The position numbers and the translations under genes are program-made. From Candidatus Methanoplasma cognatum (GTDB taxonomy: Archaea; Thermoplasmatota; Thermoplasmata; Methanomassiliicoccales; Methanomethylophilaceae), in contig WRLM01000005.1 of assembly GCA_009777615.1 (NCBI GenBank), positions 23,370 to 87,369 of the forward strand: DNA of 64,000 nt. Reading direction: 5' to 3'. Positions 27,444 to 38,011 of the stretch are shown here, one piece after another. The notes under the pieces were generated by a model that was not told the origin of the DNA, ran no database searches, and worked only from the letters and a program-made list of their open reading frames with translations. How positions within the stretch are numbered: position 1 is the stretch's first letter; each line of letters starts with the position of its first letter.

Positions 27444-29492
27444 ATGACGCCTGAGGATTCATCAATATATGAAGATAAACCGAGAGGTATCGAGGAAGAG
27501 GAAAGCGTAATTTCTTGGTTCAGCCCGAGGTTGACCCTCAAGCGCATATTATACGAAGACAAAGCTAAACTTCTTCTGTCGGCAACGGTCATCGCGACCG
27601 TCGCCGCTTTATTTTGTATTATTTTATTCATATCATACAGCAGCATAGACGCAATAAGAGAAATAGGAATGTGGGACTTCCTCACGGGAGGCAGATGGGC
27701 CCCCCGGTTTGATATGTACGGGGCATTCCCCATGATAGCGGGGACGATCATGGTCACCGCCGGAGCAATTGCGTTCTCTTTCCCTCTGGGGCTCGGCATA
27801 GCGATATACATCAACGATGTGGCGTCGCCCAGAATGAGGGGCATACTTAAGCCGGTATGCGAGGTATTCGCAGGCATACCCAGTGTTGTATACGGCCTGA
27901 TAGGCATTACTGTGCTGATGCCGCTATTGACAGGAATGTTCCCGGATAAGATCCCATACGGGTCATCATGGCTGGCAGCCTCATTCATGCTGGGCATAAT
28001 GGCGCTCCCGACGATCATATCGGTATCTCAGGATGCATTGGCAGCCGTCCCCAGATCATACCGGGAAGCATCAATGGCCATGGGCGCCACCAAATGGGAG
28101 ACCACAAGAAAAGTAGTGATGCACTCCGCGATATCCGGCATATCTGCCGCAGCGATATTGGGAGTAGGCAGAGCAATGGGGGAGACAATGGTCGTGTTGA
28201 TGGTAAGTGGCAATGCAGCTGCATTACCGGAGCCCCTTTGGAATATGGGCAGCATGATAAGCACACTTACATCAAAAATAGCATCGGGGGTACCTGAGGC
28301 CGACAGCGGAGGCATCGAGATGTCCGCGTTATTCCTGCTGGGTCTGATCCTGCTGGTTATGGTCCTTTTTGTGAACATCACCGCACGCAGAATAGTCCGC
28401 AGAACCAAGATGAAAATGGGGGAGAAGGAAAAGACGAACATGGAGAAAAGATTTGACAGGTTGGTCTCGCCTCTGACGAACTCGCTTGGGAAATATAAGG
28501 AGAAAATGATCCAGGCGGTTTTCTGTATGATGGCGTTCACGTCCGTTTTCATGATATCCTATCTTTTCCTGGATACACAAGGAGGGATCGTGGCGGGCGC
28601 CTTGGCCGTAGGGGCACTTTTCATATCAAAGAAATTATCGAAGATCCTGGGTCCGAAGTATGTTCAGAAATTCATATTCTCTTTACTGGGGGTAGCAGTG
28701 ATCGTCACGATCATCGGGCTGGTGGCGCTCATAGGAATAATCGTTATGAAAGGGGCGCCGGCGATCAACCTCGGGTTCATACTCGACTCACCGTCCAATA
28801 TGGGTCTGGGCGGAGGGATACGGCCGGCCATCGCGGGGACGCTTGAACTTATGGCAGGCACTTCGCTGATAGTGTTCCCGCTCGGAATATGTTCCGGAGT
28901 ATATCTTGCGGAATATGCGAAAGACACAAGATTCATAAGGATGGCCAGACAGGCGGTGGACGCGCTGAGCGGGACTCCCTCGATCATATTCGGATTGTTC
29001 GGCATGTCGCTTTTTGCGATAGCCCTCGGATGGGGGTTCTCCCTTATCGGGGGGTGCATCACGCTGGCGCTGATGGCGCTGCCTACAATAATCAGAACCA
29101 CAGAGGAGGCAGTGAGGGCCGTTCCAAACGAACTGAGGGAGGCTTCCGCAGCGATGGGAGCGAGCAAGTGGCATACGACGGCCAGGGTCGTGATCCCAGC
29201 GGCGATGGGCGGTGTGCTCACAGGCTTCCTGTTAAGCATAATCAGGGCGATTGGAGAGGCTGCGCCGATCATGTTCACGGCAGTGGTAGTGCTCAAGTCA
29301 ACAGTGTCCTCCTCACTGTTGGACCCTATAATGGCGCTCCCCTATCACATATATCACATGGCGGCCGAAGTTCCGGGAGGCACCCAGAACGCATACGGAT
29401 CCGCGATCGTGCTGATGGCGATAGTTCTTTCCCTGTTCACAATCGTTTCGGTAATAAGACACAGACAAAACAAAAAAATGAGCGGATGGTGA
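27444..29492 (+). CDS. Fused phosphate ABC transporter permease PstC-PstA (682 aa)
   Basis: Two permease modules sit in one ORF. The first carries [14 protein letters not shown] (PstC-like) and the second [12 protein letters not shown] (PstA-like). Confidence 0.8.
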   Translation: MTPEDSSIYEDKPRGIEEEESVISWFSPRLTLKRILYEDKAKLLLSATVIATVAALFCIILFISYSSIDAIREIGMWDFLTGGRWAPRFDMYGAFPMIAGTIMVTAGAIAFSFPLGLGIAIYINDVASPRMRGILKPVCEVFAGIPSVVYGLIGITVLMPLLTGMFPDKIPYGSSWLAASFMLGIMALPTIISVSQDALAAVPRSYREASMAMGATKWETTRKVVMHSAISGISAAAILGVGRAMGETMVVLMVSGNAAALPEPLWNMGSMISTLTSKIASGVPEADSGGIEMSALFLLGLILLVMVLFVNITARRIVRRTKMKMGEKEKTNMEKRFDRLVSPLTNSLGKYKEKMIQAVFCMMAFTSVFMISYLFLDTQGGIVAGALAVGALFISKKLSKILGPKYVQKFIFSLLGVAVIVTIIGLVALIGIIVMKGAPAINLGFILDSPSNMGLGGGIRPAIAGTLELMAGTSLIVFPLGICSGVYLAEYAKDTRFIRMARQAVDALSGTPSIIFGLFGMSLFAIALGWGFSLIGGCITLALMALPTIIRTTEEAVRAVPNELREASAAMGASKWHTTARVVIPAAMGGVLTGFLLSIIRAIGEAAPIMFTAVVVLKSTVSSSLLDPIMALPYHIYHMAAEVPGGTQNAYGSAIVLMAIVLSLFTIVSVIRHRQNKKMSGW

Positions 29493-29496
29493 CGAT

Positions 29497-30258
29497 ATGG
29501 AATCAATCAATATAATCGAGACAAACGATCTCAACTTCTGGTATGGGGACAAGCAGACGCTGATGGACATAAACATACCCATCAAGAGGAATGCGATAAC
29601 TGCGCTGATAGGACCGTCCGGATGCGGGAAGTCCACATTGATCAGAGTGTTCAACAGGATGAACGACCTGATCGAAGGAACGAAGATGACTGGGATAGTG
29701 TTCTTTGAAGATAAGAACATCTGCAAACCGGAAACCGACGTCCTCGATCTGAGAAAGAAGGTGGGGATGATATTCCAGAAGCCCAACCCGTTCCCTATGA
29801 CCATAAAGGATAACATTACTTACGGCCCAAAACTTCACGGAGTCAAGGATCACAGGGAACTGGACAAGATCGTCGAAGATTCTCTCAGAAAGGCCGCCTT
29901 ATGGAATGAAGTGAAGGACAGGCTGAACGTTTCCGCTCTGTCTTTGTCAGGAGGGCAGCAGCAGAGACTCTGCATCGCAAGGGCATTGTCGATCAATCCG
30001 GAGGTCCTGCTCATGGACGAGCCGACCTCCGCTCTGGACCCCATAGCCACAACTAAGATCGAAGAGCTTGCTCTGGAACTTAAGAAGGAGTACACGGTGG
30101 TCACCGTGACGCACAATATGCAGCAGGCAAATAGGATCAGCGATTACACAGGGTTCATGTATCTGGGCAAGATGGAAGAGTTCGGGAAAACGCAAGATGT
30201 ATTCGAGAATCCCAAGAACGAGCTTACCAAGAGATATGTGCAAGGGATATTCAGCTGA
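29497..30258 (+). CDS. pstB: Phosphate ABC transporter ATP-binding protein
   Basis: [24 protein letters not shown] and [12 protein letters not shown] motifs, with the PstB-typical N-terminus (..NFWYGDKQ..). Confidence 0.9.
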   Translation: MESINIIETNDLNFWYGDKQTLMDINIPIKRNAITALIGPSGCGKSTLIRVFNRMNDLIEGTKMTGIVFFEDKNICKPETDVLDLRKKVGMIFQKPNPFPMTIKDNITYGPKLHGVKDHRELDKIVEDSLRKAALWNEVKDRLNVSALSLSGGQQQRLCIARALSINPEVLLMDEPTSALDPIATTKIEELALELKKEYTVVTVTHNMQQANRISDYTGFMYLGKMEEFGKTQDVFENPKNELTKRYVQGIFS

Positions 30259-30452
30259 AATGATCCGGATATGAGAAGAGGCGCCTCCATGAAAGATCTA
30301 ACGCCGTTGTTCTCGCCGTCGGTCTTTGCAGCCAAGGTTTGCCGCCGGAACAAAACATAAGGAAGATCGCCGAGTGCCAAAAACGGCATATCTGTTCATA
30401 TTCGAGAGCCGAAATCTATAAACAATAAGGAAGTGAGATCATGATAATGAAG

Positions 30453-30536
30453 CGCCGAGAGGGAGATTTGAACTCCCGAGGGAAAGTTCCCACGAGCTTT
30501 CCAGGCTCGCGCCTTACCGGACTAGACTACCTCGGC
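30453..30536 (-). tRNA. tRNA-Ser(GGA), class II with a long variable arm
   Basis: The reverse complement reads GCCGAGG-TA-GTCT..AGGC-G-CGAGC-CTGGAAA-GCTCG-variable arm(GGGAACTTTCCC)-GGGAG-TTCAAAT-CTCCC-TCTCGGC-G. Confidence 0.9.
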
Positions 30537-30708
30537 CTGCGCCTACAAACCCCTTCCCAAATTAATACCTTTCTAAATTCCTCCCGTGGCTCAGGCCGAA
30601 GACACCCAGCCGTACACCGGCGGCGGTATCGTCCTGTCAGCGGCGAAAGAAAAGACGGGCACAAAACATCGTGCACATGCCTTTGCGGGTGGGGAAGGGG
30701 GGATTGAA

Positions 30709-31212
30709 ATGAGGGTCAGCATTGAGGAGTTCATGATTCGGTTGCGGGACACCGGGGCAGAGGTCGCGGAACTCTCCCCCAAGGAAGTGAGGGAATACAA
30801 GAACAAATGGTTCAGAACTTTCGTTCCCTGGGCCAAGGACAGCGACAGGCTCAGGGCGGTCTGTTTAGGTATTGATGATGACCGCCTGACGCCGGGAGAA
30901 CACAACGAGGATGTAAGGAGATACGGATCCAGAGGATTCTTGTGGTATGCGTACAGAGATGAAGCGATAACCGAGTGCACAAAAGGCGGCCACGCGAGAA
31001 TAGCTTTCGATAAACAAGCCAAAGAGGACATGGTCCTGGTGAACAATTTCGCCCGTGAGAACACGGCCCTTCTGATCAAGAACGCCCCGGGGATCAAAGC
31101 CGGAGAGATAGAGGAATTGGAAGACGTGACCGTGACAAGCACCGATTTTAGCTGGACGTATTCGAAGACCCATGAAGGAGGGTGGTTCGGCCCGTATTTC
31201 TACAAAAGATGA
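30709..31212 (+). CDS. Hypothetical cytoplasmic protein (167 aa)
   Basis: A GGGGGG run lies upstream of ATG 30709. There is no TM segment. The C-terminal FSWTYSKTHEGGWFGPYFY motif may be DUF4275-like, but that is from memory only. Confidence 0.5.
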   Translation: MRVSIEEFMIRLRDTGAEVAELSPKEVREYKNKWFRTFVPWAKDSDRLRAVCLGIDDDRLTPGEHNEDVRRYGSRGFLWYAYRDEAITECTKGGHARIAFDKQAKEDMVLVNNFARENTALLIKNAPGIKAGEIEELEDVTVTSTDFSWTYSKTHEGGWFGPYFYKR

Positions 31213-31381
31213 TCAAGAAGACCTCCGCATAACACAGATCTTCTTTTCAGGGCGGGCACAGTGCCCCCTTCTCTCGCGCGGATAGGAACCCGGATTCTCA
31301 TACGGACGGATGGCCAAGGCCGCACCTGCGAAAATGATAAAAGCATAGATTGGTATCATAAATCATAATAAAGGTGTTATT

Positions 31382-31906
31382 TTGGATAACGGACTTTGGA
31401 ACGAGTGCGTGAGATTCCACGGACACGCATGCCCCGGACTCGCGATGGGTTACAGGGCGGCGGAATTGGGGATGGAGGCGCTAGGGATACCGGTCGGGAG
31501 AGCGGCCGATGAGGAGATCGTGTGCGTGGCCGAAAATGACGCCTGCGGAGTGGACTGCATCCAGTGCATGATATCCTGCACTGTCGGAAAGGGGAACCTG
31601 GTAATGAGGCCGTCCGGAAAGATGGCGTTCTCTTTCTTTGACAGGAGAACCGGTAAGAGCGCGAGAGTACTCTTCAAGCCCATGGAAAGGACGAACGACC
31701 GGGAGGCCGCGATCAAGGCCATACTCACCGCCCCAAAAGAAGAGATCGTCGAGATCAAGACCCCTCACTACGAAGCACCGGAGAAAGCTAGGTCCTTTGA
31801 AAGTATACGATGCGACAGATGCGGGGAGTTCTGCAGAGAGGACAAGATCAGACTCAGTAAAGGAGAACGGTACTGTTCTGACTGCTATACCCCATACGAC
31901 AGATGA
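31382..31906 (+). CDS. FmdE-family protein with a C-terminal zinc ribbon
   Basis: CVRFHGHACPGLAMGYRA is the FmdE N-domain signature. CDRCGE..CSDC lies at the C-terminus. The tracked start is TTG. Confidence 0.75.
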   Translation: MDNGLWNECVRFHGHACPGLAMGYRAAELGMEALGIPVGRAADEEIVCVAENDACGVDCIQCMISCTVGKGNLVMRPSGKMAFSFFDRRTGKSARVLFKPMERTNDREAAIKAILTAPKEEIVEIKTPHYEAPEKARSFESIRCDRCGEFCREDKIRLSKGERYCSDCYTPYDR

Positions 31907-31907
31907 A

Positions 31908-32726
31908 TCAGCCGCGGATATGGTCGTGTATATCATGAGGATGTTCATGATCGGCTAGGTGTTCATATTTCGACGACTCGCTGGGAACAATGAACGGGAT
32001 CCCTTTGTGATACACGATCTCGGCGTGCATGCCGTATACCTTTTTTATGAGGTCCTCGGTTATCACTTCCACGCCGCCGTAAGCGGCCGCTTTCCCATCC
32101 TTCAGGAAAAGAAAACGATCTGAGTAGTGGACGGCTAGGTTGATGTCGTGCATGGTCATTATCGTACACATGCCTCTTGATCTGACCGCATGCTCTATCA
32201 TATGCATCGTCGTATGCTGGTTTGATATATCCAGACTGTTGGTGGGCTCGTCGAGGATCAGTGTCTTCGGTTCCTGAACTATTGCTCTGGCGATCTGTGC
32301 CTTCTGGAATTCTCCGCCGCTTATCCTGTCCATATACCTCAGCGAAAGATGTGTCATTCCCAGGGCATCTATGACGGAACTCACCTTATCGATATCGGAC
32401 CGCGTCGCTGACCAGTCAATGTACGGCTTCCTTCCCAGCAATACCGAATCGAACACGCTCAGCTTCGAAACCGGAGCGCTCTGCGGAACGAAGGCAATGT
32501 TCTTAGCCAGTTCTTTCCCTCTGAGTTCAAGCACGTTCAGGCCGTCTATGAGGACGCTTCCTTCTTCCGGCCTGTGTATGTTGCACATGCATTTCAGCAG
32601 AGTGGTCTTTCCGGCGCCGTTAGGTCCGAGGATGGACACTATTTGATCCTTTTCCGCTTCGAAAGAGATCTTATCGAGGATCCTCGCCGTGCCGTATGAG
32701 AAACTTATTCCTTCAACATTCATCAT
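31908..32726 (-). CDS. ABC transporter ATP-binding protein, FepC/BtuD-type (iron-chelate/corrinoid family)
   Basis: GPNGAGKTT, ISGGEFQKAQIARA and LILDEPTNSLD motifs. A His-rich C-terminal tail reads HLADHEHPHDIHDH. Confidence 0.85.
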   Translation of the reverse strand: MMNVEGISFSYGTARILDKISFEAEKDQIVSILGPNGAGKTTLLKCMCNIHRPEEGSVLIDGLNVLELRGKELAKNIAFVPQSAPVSKLSVFDSVLLGRKPYIDWSATRSDIDKVSSVIDALGMTHLSLRYMDRISGGEFQKAQIARAIVQEPKTLILDEPTNSLDISNQHTTMHMIEHAVRSRGMCTIMTMHDINLAVHYSDRFLFLKDGKAAAYGGVEVITEDLIKKVYGMHAEIVYHKGIPFIVPSESSKYEHLADHEHPHDIHDHIRG

Positions 32727-33817
32727 TTATTTCTGCGCCCCATTAGAAGTATAAAAATGAATAACGGCCCTCCGATCGCGGATGTTATTATTCCCACTGG
32801 TATCACTATGTGGAAGGCATTGTTGCCTATGATGGATGCGACCAGCAGGACCATCGAGCCCACTATCATGGAACCTATGAGGGTGTATCTGTTGTCGTTG
32901 CCCACGATCCTCTTTACAATGTGCGGACCTATCAGGCCGATGAACCCTATTATTCCCATGAACGAGACGACGACGGCCGTAAGCAGTGCGGATATGGTAA
33001 GGCCGATGTATCTCGTGCTCTTTATGTTCACTCCGAGCCCCGAGGCCACGTCCTCTCCGGATTCCATAGCGTTGTAGTCCCAGCGCTTGTAAATGAAATA
33101 TGCGGCCGCAAGGAACAGGACCACAGCCACTATGTACAGATGGCTCCATTCCTCCACCTTGCTCAGACTGCCGAACTGCCAGAATACGATCTCGGACAGC
33201 GCCATTTCGTCCGCCATATATTGGAGGAACGCCAGCCCCGCGGAGAAGATCGAGCTTATGGCCAATCCCGCCAATATTATCGTTTCAGGCGTGCATTCCG
33301 TCACCTTTACCAAAAGGATCACGATCCCCGTGGCGAGCATGGCGAATGCGAAAGCGAGGACCGTTACCACGAGAGGATTGGATATGGTCGCATAGACGTC
33401 CGCGGTCCTGACGATCAGCCCTCCGTGAAAGAACAATATTCCTAACGATGCGCCGAAAGCGGCGGCATTCGACAACCCGAGAGTGAACGGTGACGCAAGC
33501 GGATTCCTGAGTATGCTCTGCATGACGCATCCCGCGATACTCAGCGCCGAACCGGCCAGTATCGCGGCAATGATCACTTTTAGGCGCACGTTCCTGACCA
33601 CTTTACTGTCCCAGGAGTCGTCTGGGCTGAAGATGTATTGCATTATTTCCCTATATGAAAGGTCCATGGGTCCCATTCTGAGGATAAATAGAGACAGGAG
33701 GACAAGAGCCACCGTCAGGGCCGCAAGGAAAAGCCACTTCTTCCGCGAGTACCTGAGGTATCCTTCGGAGGTATCGGGTTCACCTGCCTCAGCGGTATCG
33801 CGTTTTTCGCGGATCAT
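32723..33817 (-). CDS. FecCD/BtuC-family ABC permease
   Basis: 364 aa with about 9-10 TM segments and the family motif RNPLASPFTLGLS. Confidence 0.85.
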   Translation of the reverse strand: MIREKRDTAEAGEPDTSEGYLRYSRKKWLFLAALTVALVLLSLFILRMGPMDLSYREIMQYIFSPDDSWDSKVVRNVRLKVIIAAILAGSALSIAGCVMQSILRNPLASPFTLGLSNAAAFGASLGILFFHGGLIVRTADVYATISNPLVVTVLAFAFAMLATGIVILLVKVTECTPETIILAGLAISSIFSAGLAFLQYMADEMALSEIVFWQFGSLSKVEEWSHLYIVAVVLFLAAAYFIYKRWDYNAMESGEDVASGLGVNIKSTRYIGLTISALLTAVVVSFMGIIGFIGLIGPHIVKRIVGNDNRYTLIGSMIVGSMVLLVASIIGNNAFHIVIPVGIITSAIGGPLFIFILLMGRRNK

Positions 33818-33847
33818 CTTATCCCCTTATTTTTTGAAATGTTCCAT

Positions 33848-35065
33848 TCACGCCGCCGTGATATAGTAGGTCCCCCCTGCCTGGGTGATCGTGACCTCCT
33901 CAAGCAGAGGCAGCTCCACATTGTATGCGGAGGATTTCTTTACGAAGAAATCGGACATGTCTTCGAACACATTTTTCCCCCTGTCCCCGTAGAATGTGGT
34001 AAAGATGTTGTCAATCTTCTCCACAACTTCGTCGTGGGTAAGCGTACCGTACAGAAGGTATGTGATGTAATACGCGCTGGCCAGCGCACAATCGTAGTTA
34101 ATGCTGTCCCACACGATAGGGACTGTAACATACAGTTTTACCTTATCGGCGGAACCGCCGTTGTTAAGCTTGTAAAGATATTCCAGCACGAGCTGGCTGT
34201 CCTGCACGGCCACCTTATCCGAAGACGAAGGATCTATGACCACCATGTCAATGTCCATTTTGGAGAAGTTCTCCACATTGATCGTGACCCTGCCGGGGGT
34301 CAGATTCCCTTTGTATGCGTTGTTGCCTCCTATCAGTGACAAAGGCATGTAGACGGGGAATGTGGTGTTCAGGGTATTGCTGCCGTTTATCGTCACGCCC
34401 GCGACATACACACTCTTGGATGAACTGCCCGTCAGGGACCTGATGTCCTTTATTATCGATTCTATACCTCCGATGATCTCCGCAGCTCTTTCCTCTTTCC
34501 CGAGGAGCGTGCCAAGGAGGTTGAATGTGTCTTTCATGTCCTTAGAAAGCCCGTAACCGCTGTCCCACATGGTCGCCATGTCCTGTGTCTTTATGACGGC
34601 GACCGTGCATTTGCTCGCGAGAGCGGTGCAGTTGGCCCTGTAACTGTTCCAAATATTCTCTTGGATGATCACAAGGCTGGGGCCGAGGTTCCCAATCGCC
34701 TCTGTGGTGCCGGACTCAAGCGCATTATCCGCATGATATCTCGTAAGTTTGTCGTAAGGGTAGGCATATGAGTAGGCCCTTCCGTTCTTCTGATCCTTAA
34801 TGTCACCCTCGTCGACCTCTATGATGAGATCATATACGTCAAAACAGGAAAGGAACCTCAGCGGTCCGCTGCTCCCCACAGTGACTATCCCGTTCTCAAG
34901 TGTATCCGGCACGGTCACGACCCTCCCGACGGCGTCAATGACCTGCTGGCCCGCTGTGTCGGGACGGTCGCCGCCTTCTCCGTTGTTTTGCGTAACGATA
35001 TATGCGCCGACCGTTGCGACAGCCAGAACGGCCACGACCGCGACAGCAAAGATCTTGTTGTTCAT
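33848..35065 (-). CDS. Class III periplasmic-binding-protein-type ABC substrate-binding protein
   Basis: The N-terminal anchor is MNNKIFAVAVVAVLAVATVGAY. It is in an operon with the FecCD permease and ATPase. The start is set at ATG 35065; the tracked GTG is at 35080. Confidence 0.7.
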   Translation of the reverse strand: MNNKIFAVAVVAVLAVATVGAYIVTQNNGEGGDRPDTAGQQVIDAVGRVVTVPDTLENGIVTVGSSGPLRFLSCFDVYDLIIEVDEGDIKDQKNGRAYSYAYPYDKLTRYHADNALESGTTEAIGNLGPSLVIIQENIWNSYRANCTALASKCTVAVIKTQDMATMWDSGYGLSKDMKDTFNLLGTLLGKEERAAEIIGGIESIIKDIRSLTGSSSKSVYVAGVTINGSNTLNTTFPVYMPLSLIGGNNAYKGNLTPGRVTINVENFSKMDIDMVVIDPSSSDKVAVQDSQLVLEYLYKLNNGGSADKVKLYVTVPIVWDSINYDCALASAYYITYLLYGTLTHDEVVEKIDNIFTTFYGDRGKNVFEDMSDFFVKKSSAYNVELPLLEEVTITQAGGTYYITAA

Positions 35066-35073
35066 AATGCGAA

Positions 35074-35100
35074 GTAACACGAATTTCTATTTAATGTTAC
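35074..35100. promoter_or_regulatory. Dyad GTAACA-N15-TGTTAC in the divergent ABC-importer / cfbC intergenic region
   Basis: Perfect 6-bp inverted arms separated by 15 nt, 9 nt upstream of the SBP ATG. The geometry resembles 6-N16-6 NikR-type operators. Confidence 0.25.
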
Positions 35101-35250
35101 CCACGCCCGCTATCAAAGGCGTATACGGATCCTGGCTTCTTGTTTTTTTTGCTTAATGTTCATCAGCGGAAAAGTGCGTTTTTTATTTAGTGTAGTAACA
35201 TGAATATGGGCAATAAATATTACTAAATATGATTTTATTGATACATTGTT

Positions 35251-36036
35251 ATGCGAAGGATAGCACTTTACGGTAAGGGCGGCATTGGAAAATCAACGGT
35301 CGCATCGAACATTACCGCATCTCTTTCGAAAAAAGGGTACAGGGTGCTACAGATCGGATGCGACCCGAAAGCGGACTCCACCAAACTGTTGCTTGGCGGA
35401 GATTCGCCGATGACAATTTTGGATGCAGTCAAGAACGGCACCCCCCTCCGAGAATCGATTCGCAGAGGGGCGAACGGATGTTATTGCGCTGAATGCGGAG
35501 GCCCGAGACCCGGTTCCGGCTGCGCTGGTAGAGGGATAATCGCAGCCTTTGAACATCTTGAGCGGCAGAACGTGATCGAAGAGATTTCCCCGGATGTCCT
35601 GATATACGACGTGCTGGGCGACGTGGTATGCGGAGGGTTCGCGATGCCTATAAGGAACGGCTATGCCAAAGATGTTTTCATCGTGTCGTCTGGAGAGATG
35701 ATGTCCCTATACGCCGCGAACAACATTGCGACCGCTATATCGGACACGGATGGGGACGGATATGCGGTGCTGAGAGGCATAATACAGAATTCAAGAGGGA
35801 TAGACCATGAAGATGGAATGGTGGATAAAGCTGCCTTCGAGATGGGAACGAAGATAATAACGAGGATACCCAGAGACAAGACGGTGCAGCAGTGCGAGTC
35901 CATAGGCAAGACCGTGGTCGAGGGGGCTGCCGATTCCGAACTTTCCTTCGTATATGCGGAATTGGCAGACAGGGTGATCGAACACTCAAGCGACGCCGAG
36001 GGAGGCATGCGCTGCGGCGCAGAGGGGACGAAATGA
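35251..36036 (+). CDS. cfbC: Ni-sirohydrochlorin a,c-diamide reductive cyclase, NifH-like ATPase component
   Basis: [18 protein letters not shown] and [15 protein letters not shown] are NifH-family motifs with the cluster Cys residues. The gene lies inside the cfb cluster. Confidence 0.85.
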   Translation: MRRIALYGKGGIGKSTVASNITASLSKKGYRVLQIGCDPKADSTKLLLGGDSPMTILDAVKNGTPLRESIRRGANGCYCAECGGPRPGSGCAGRGIIAAFEHLERQNVIEEISPDVLIYDVLGDVVCGGFAMPIRNGYAKDVFIVSSGEMMSLYAANNIATAISDTDGDGYAVLRGIIQNSRGIDHEDGMVDKAAFEMGTKIITRIPRDKTVQQCESIGKTVVEGAADSELSFVYAELADRVIEHSSDAEGGMRCGAEGTK

Positions 36037-36812
36037 AAAAAGGAATATTGATAATCGGGCATGGGTCCAGATACAATTATAACAAATGGATCATGGAGGA
36101 GCAGAAGAAGAGACTTGAACAAAAGGGGTTCGGGAACGTATATATCGGATTCAATGAAACGACCTTTCCTCTGGTGAACGATGCTCTTGAAGACATGGTC
36201 TCGGACGGCGTGGAGGAAATCGTGGCGGTCCCCTTCTTCATAGCTTCCGGCCTCCATATAGCAAGGGACATACCGAACAAGCTGGGCATACCTCCCTGCG
36301 CAGACACGTACGTTGCCGAGATCAAAGGCAAAAAGATCTCCATAAGGTATGAGCGGCCGTTCGGCAGCGACCCCATGCTGGCGGCCATACTTTCCGAGAG
36401 GATAGAGGAACTGAGCAACGGCGGCAAGAACAGGTGGATAATGGTCATAGGGCACGGATCAAGGCTTCCTCATAACAAAGAAACCGTCCTTTTCCAGGCG
36501 GACCTGCTGAGGCGGAAGGGGTATGACAACGTCAGGTGTGCGTTCAACGAGTTTGATGAACCCTTCGTCGAGGACGTGTTCAAAGAGATGGTGTCCGGCG
36601 GGGCCGATGAAATAATAGTCCTGCCCCTCTTCATTTCTTTGGGCGCCCATCTTAAACACGATATCCCCCGGAAGATACACATCAGGGATGGCATGGCGGG
36701 GGAGGTGTTCGTTCACGGCGGCCGTAACGTAACGGTAAGGTACGCCGCACCCATCGGAAGCGACCCCAGGCTCACCGATATAATCGCGGAGAAGATTCGC
36801 GGCAGGGGGTGA
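36033..36812 (+). CDS. cfbA: Sirohydrochlorin nickel chelatase, tandem-duplicated (long) CbiX form
   Basis: Two CbiX halves each carry GHGSR and PxFIxxGxH ([20 protein letters not shown] and [20 protein letters not shown]). The start overlaps the cfbC stop as ATGA. Confidence 0.75.
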   Translation: MKKGILIIGHGSRYNYNKWIMEEQKKRLEQKGFGNVYIGFNETTFPLVNDALEDMVSDGVEEIVAVPFFIASGLHIARDIPNKLGIPPCADTYVAEIKGKKISIRYERPFGSDPMLAAILSERIEELSNGGKNRWIMVIGHGSRLPHNKETVLFQADLLRRKGYDNVRCAFNEFDEPFVEDVFKEMVSGGADEIIVLPLFISLGAHLKHDIPRKIHIRDGMAGEVFVHGGRNVTVRYAAPIGSDPRLTDIIAEKIRGRG

Positions 36813-38011
36813 CCATGAACGTACTTATATTGGATGTTGTGCACGGGGGAGAGATCCTCGCCCAAGAATATTCGGAGAGGGGGCATTCGGTAGACTGTGT
36901 GGATGTCTACGGCATAGCTGGAGAGGACGTCATGTCAAAACTGATGGAAATGGGGGCGGCTGCACACAGAAAAGTGCCGAAGGGCCGTTACGATCTTATT
37001 CTGATGCCGGCGCATTGTCCTGACTCATTCCTCGAGGGCGTGGAGTACAAAGAAAAAAGAACATTCTCCGAAGCGGTGGGCGGGCTTTCCGACGGAAGGT
37101 CAAGGATAGAGGTGACCGGAGTGAAGGGGAAGACAAGCTGCTGCTATCTTCTGGCGCACATACTTTCGCTGGATGGAAGAAGCGTATTCCTGCATACTTC
37201 GAGGGGCCAGGGCGAATGGAGCGGCGGCGAACACATCATAGAAAAAAGGGTCAGCATAGCGCCCCCCTCCCTGCTGAGACTTCCCGAAGGATATGATACG
37301 GTGATAGCGGAGGTGTCCCTGGGCGGCAGCGGCAAAGCGGAACTCACGATCATCACGAACCTTGCCGATGACTACGGAATAGCTGCGAACACTAAGAAGG
37401 CCTCCGAAGCTAAGGCCTCGATATTTTCTCAAGGTAAGAACATCGTTCCCAGGTCGGAATCGGACATATGGTCGAAATACCGCAGCGATCTGATATATTT
37501 TGGCGAAAGAATAACCATCCTTGAAGGAACAGAGATCGGGAAACCGACTAGGATATCGATAGAATATGGCGGCAGATACGAGCTCAGCCTGCCGGAGAGC
37601 TACCTGCACCTCCAATACATCGACACAATCGAGGCGGTACTGGAGGCGTGTTCGGAGTCAGAGATCCCCGCGGAACAGGTCGTTAGAGGGCTGGAGACAT
37701 TCAACGGAGTTCCGGGAAGGGGGGAGCTGAAACGCTCCGAAAAAGGATGGGAGATAATGGACAGGAATCCGGGGATATCCCTTATATCGGTGGCCAAGAC
37801 CCTGGATACTTTGGAGAGGATGCATATCCTCAAAGACGTTCTGGTGATCCTGGATCCGGTGAACCGAAAGGTCTGTGAAAGGACGGATGCGGAACAAATA
37901 AGGGAAATTGCGGAGAAGAGGGGCGCAGAGTTTCGTCTTGCCTGTGACGGCGGGGACGCGCCCGCCGGCAAAAGCGTGATCGTAAGGCTGATAAAGGAGG
38001 GATATCAGTGA
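36809..38011 (+). CDS. cfbE: Coenzyme F430 synthetase (Mur-ligase family)
   Basis: VTGVKGKTS is a P-loop of MurD-like ligases. Cluster position supports the call. The start overlaps the cfbA stop. Confidence 0.8.
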   Translation: MTMNVLILDVVHGGEILAQEYSERGHSVDCVDVYGIAGEDVMSKLMEMGAAAHRKVPKGRYDLILMPAHCPDSFLEGVEYKEKRTFSEAVGGLSDGRSRIEVTGVKGKTSCCYLLAHILSLDGRSVFLHTSRGQGEWSGGEHIIEKRVSIAPPSLLRLPEGYDTVIAEVSLGGSGKAELTIITNLADDYGIAANTKKASEAKASIFSQGKNIVPRSESDIWSKYRSDLIYFGERITILEGTEIGKPTRISIEYGGRYELSLPESYLHLQYIDTIEAVLEACSESEIPAEQVVRGLETFNGVPGRGELKRSEKGWEIMDRNPGISLISVAKTLDTLERMHILKDVLVILDPVNRKVCERTDAEQIREIAEKRGAEFRLACDGGDAPAGKSVIVRLIKEGYQ

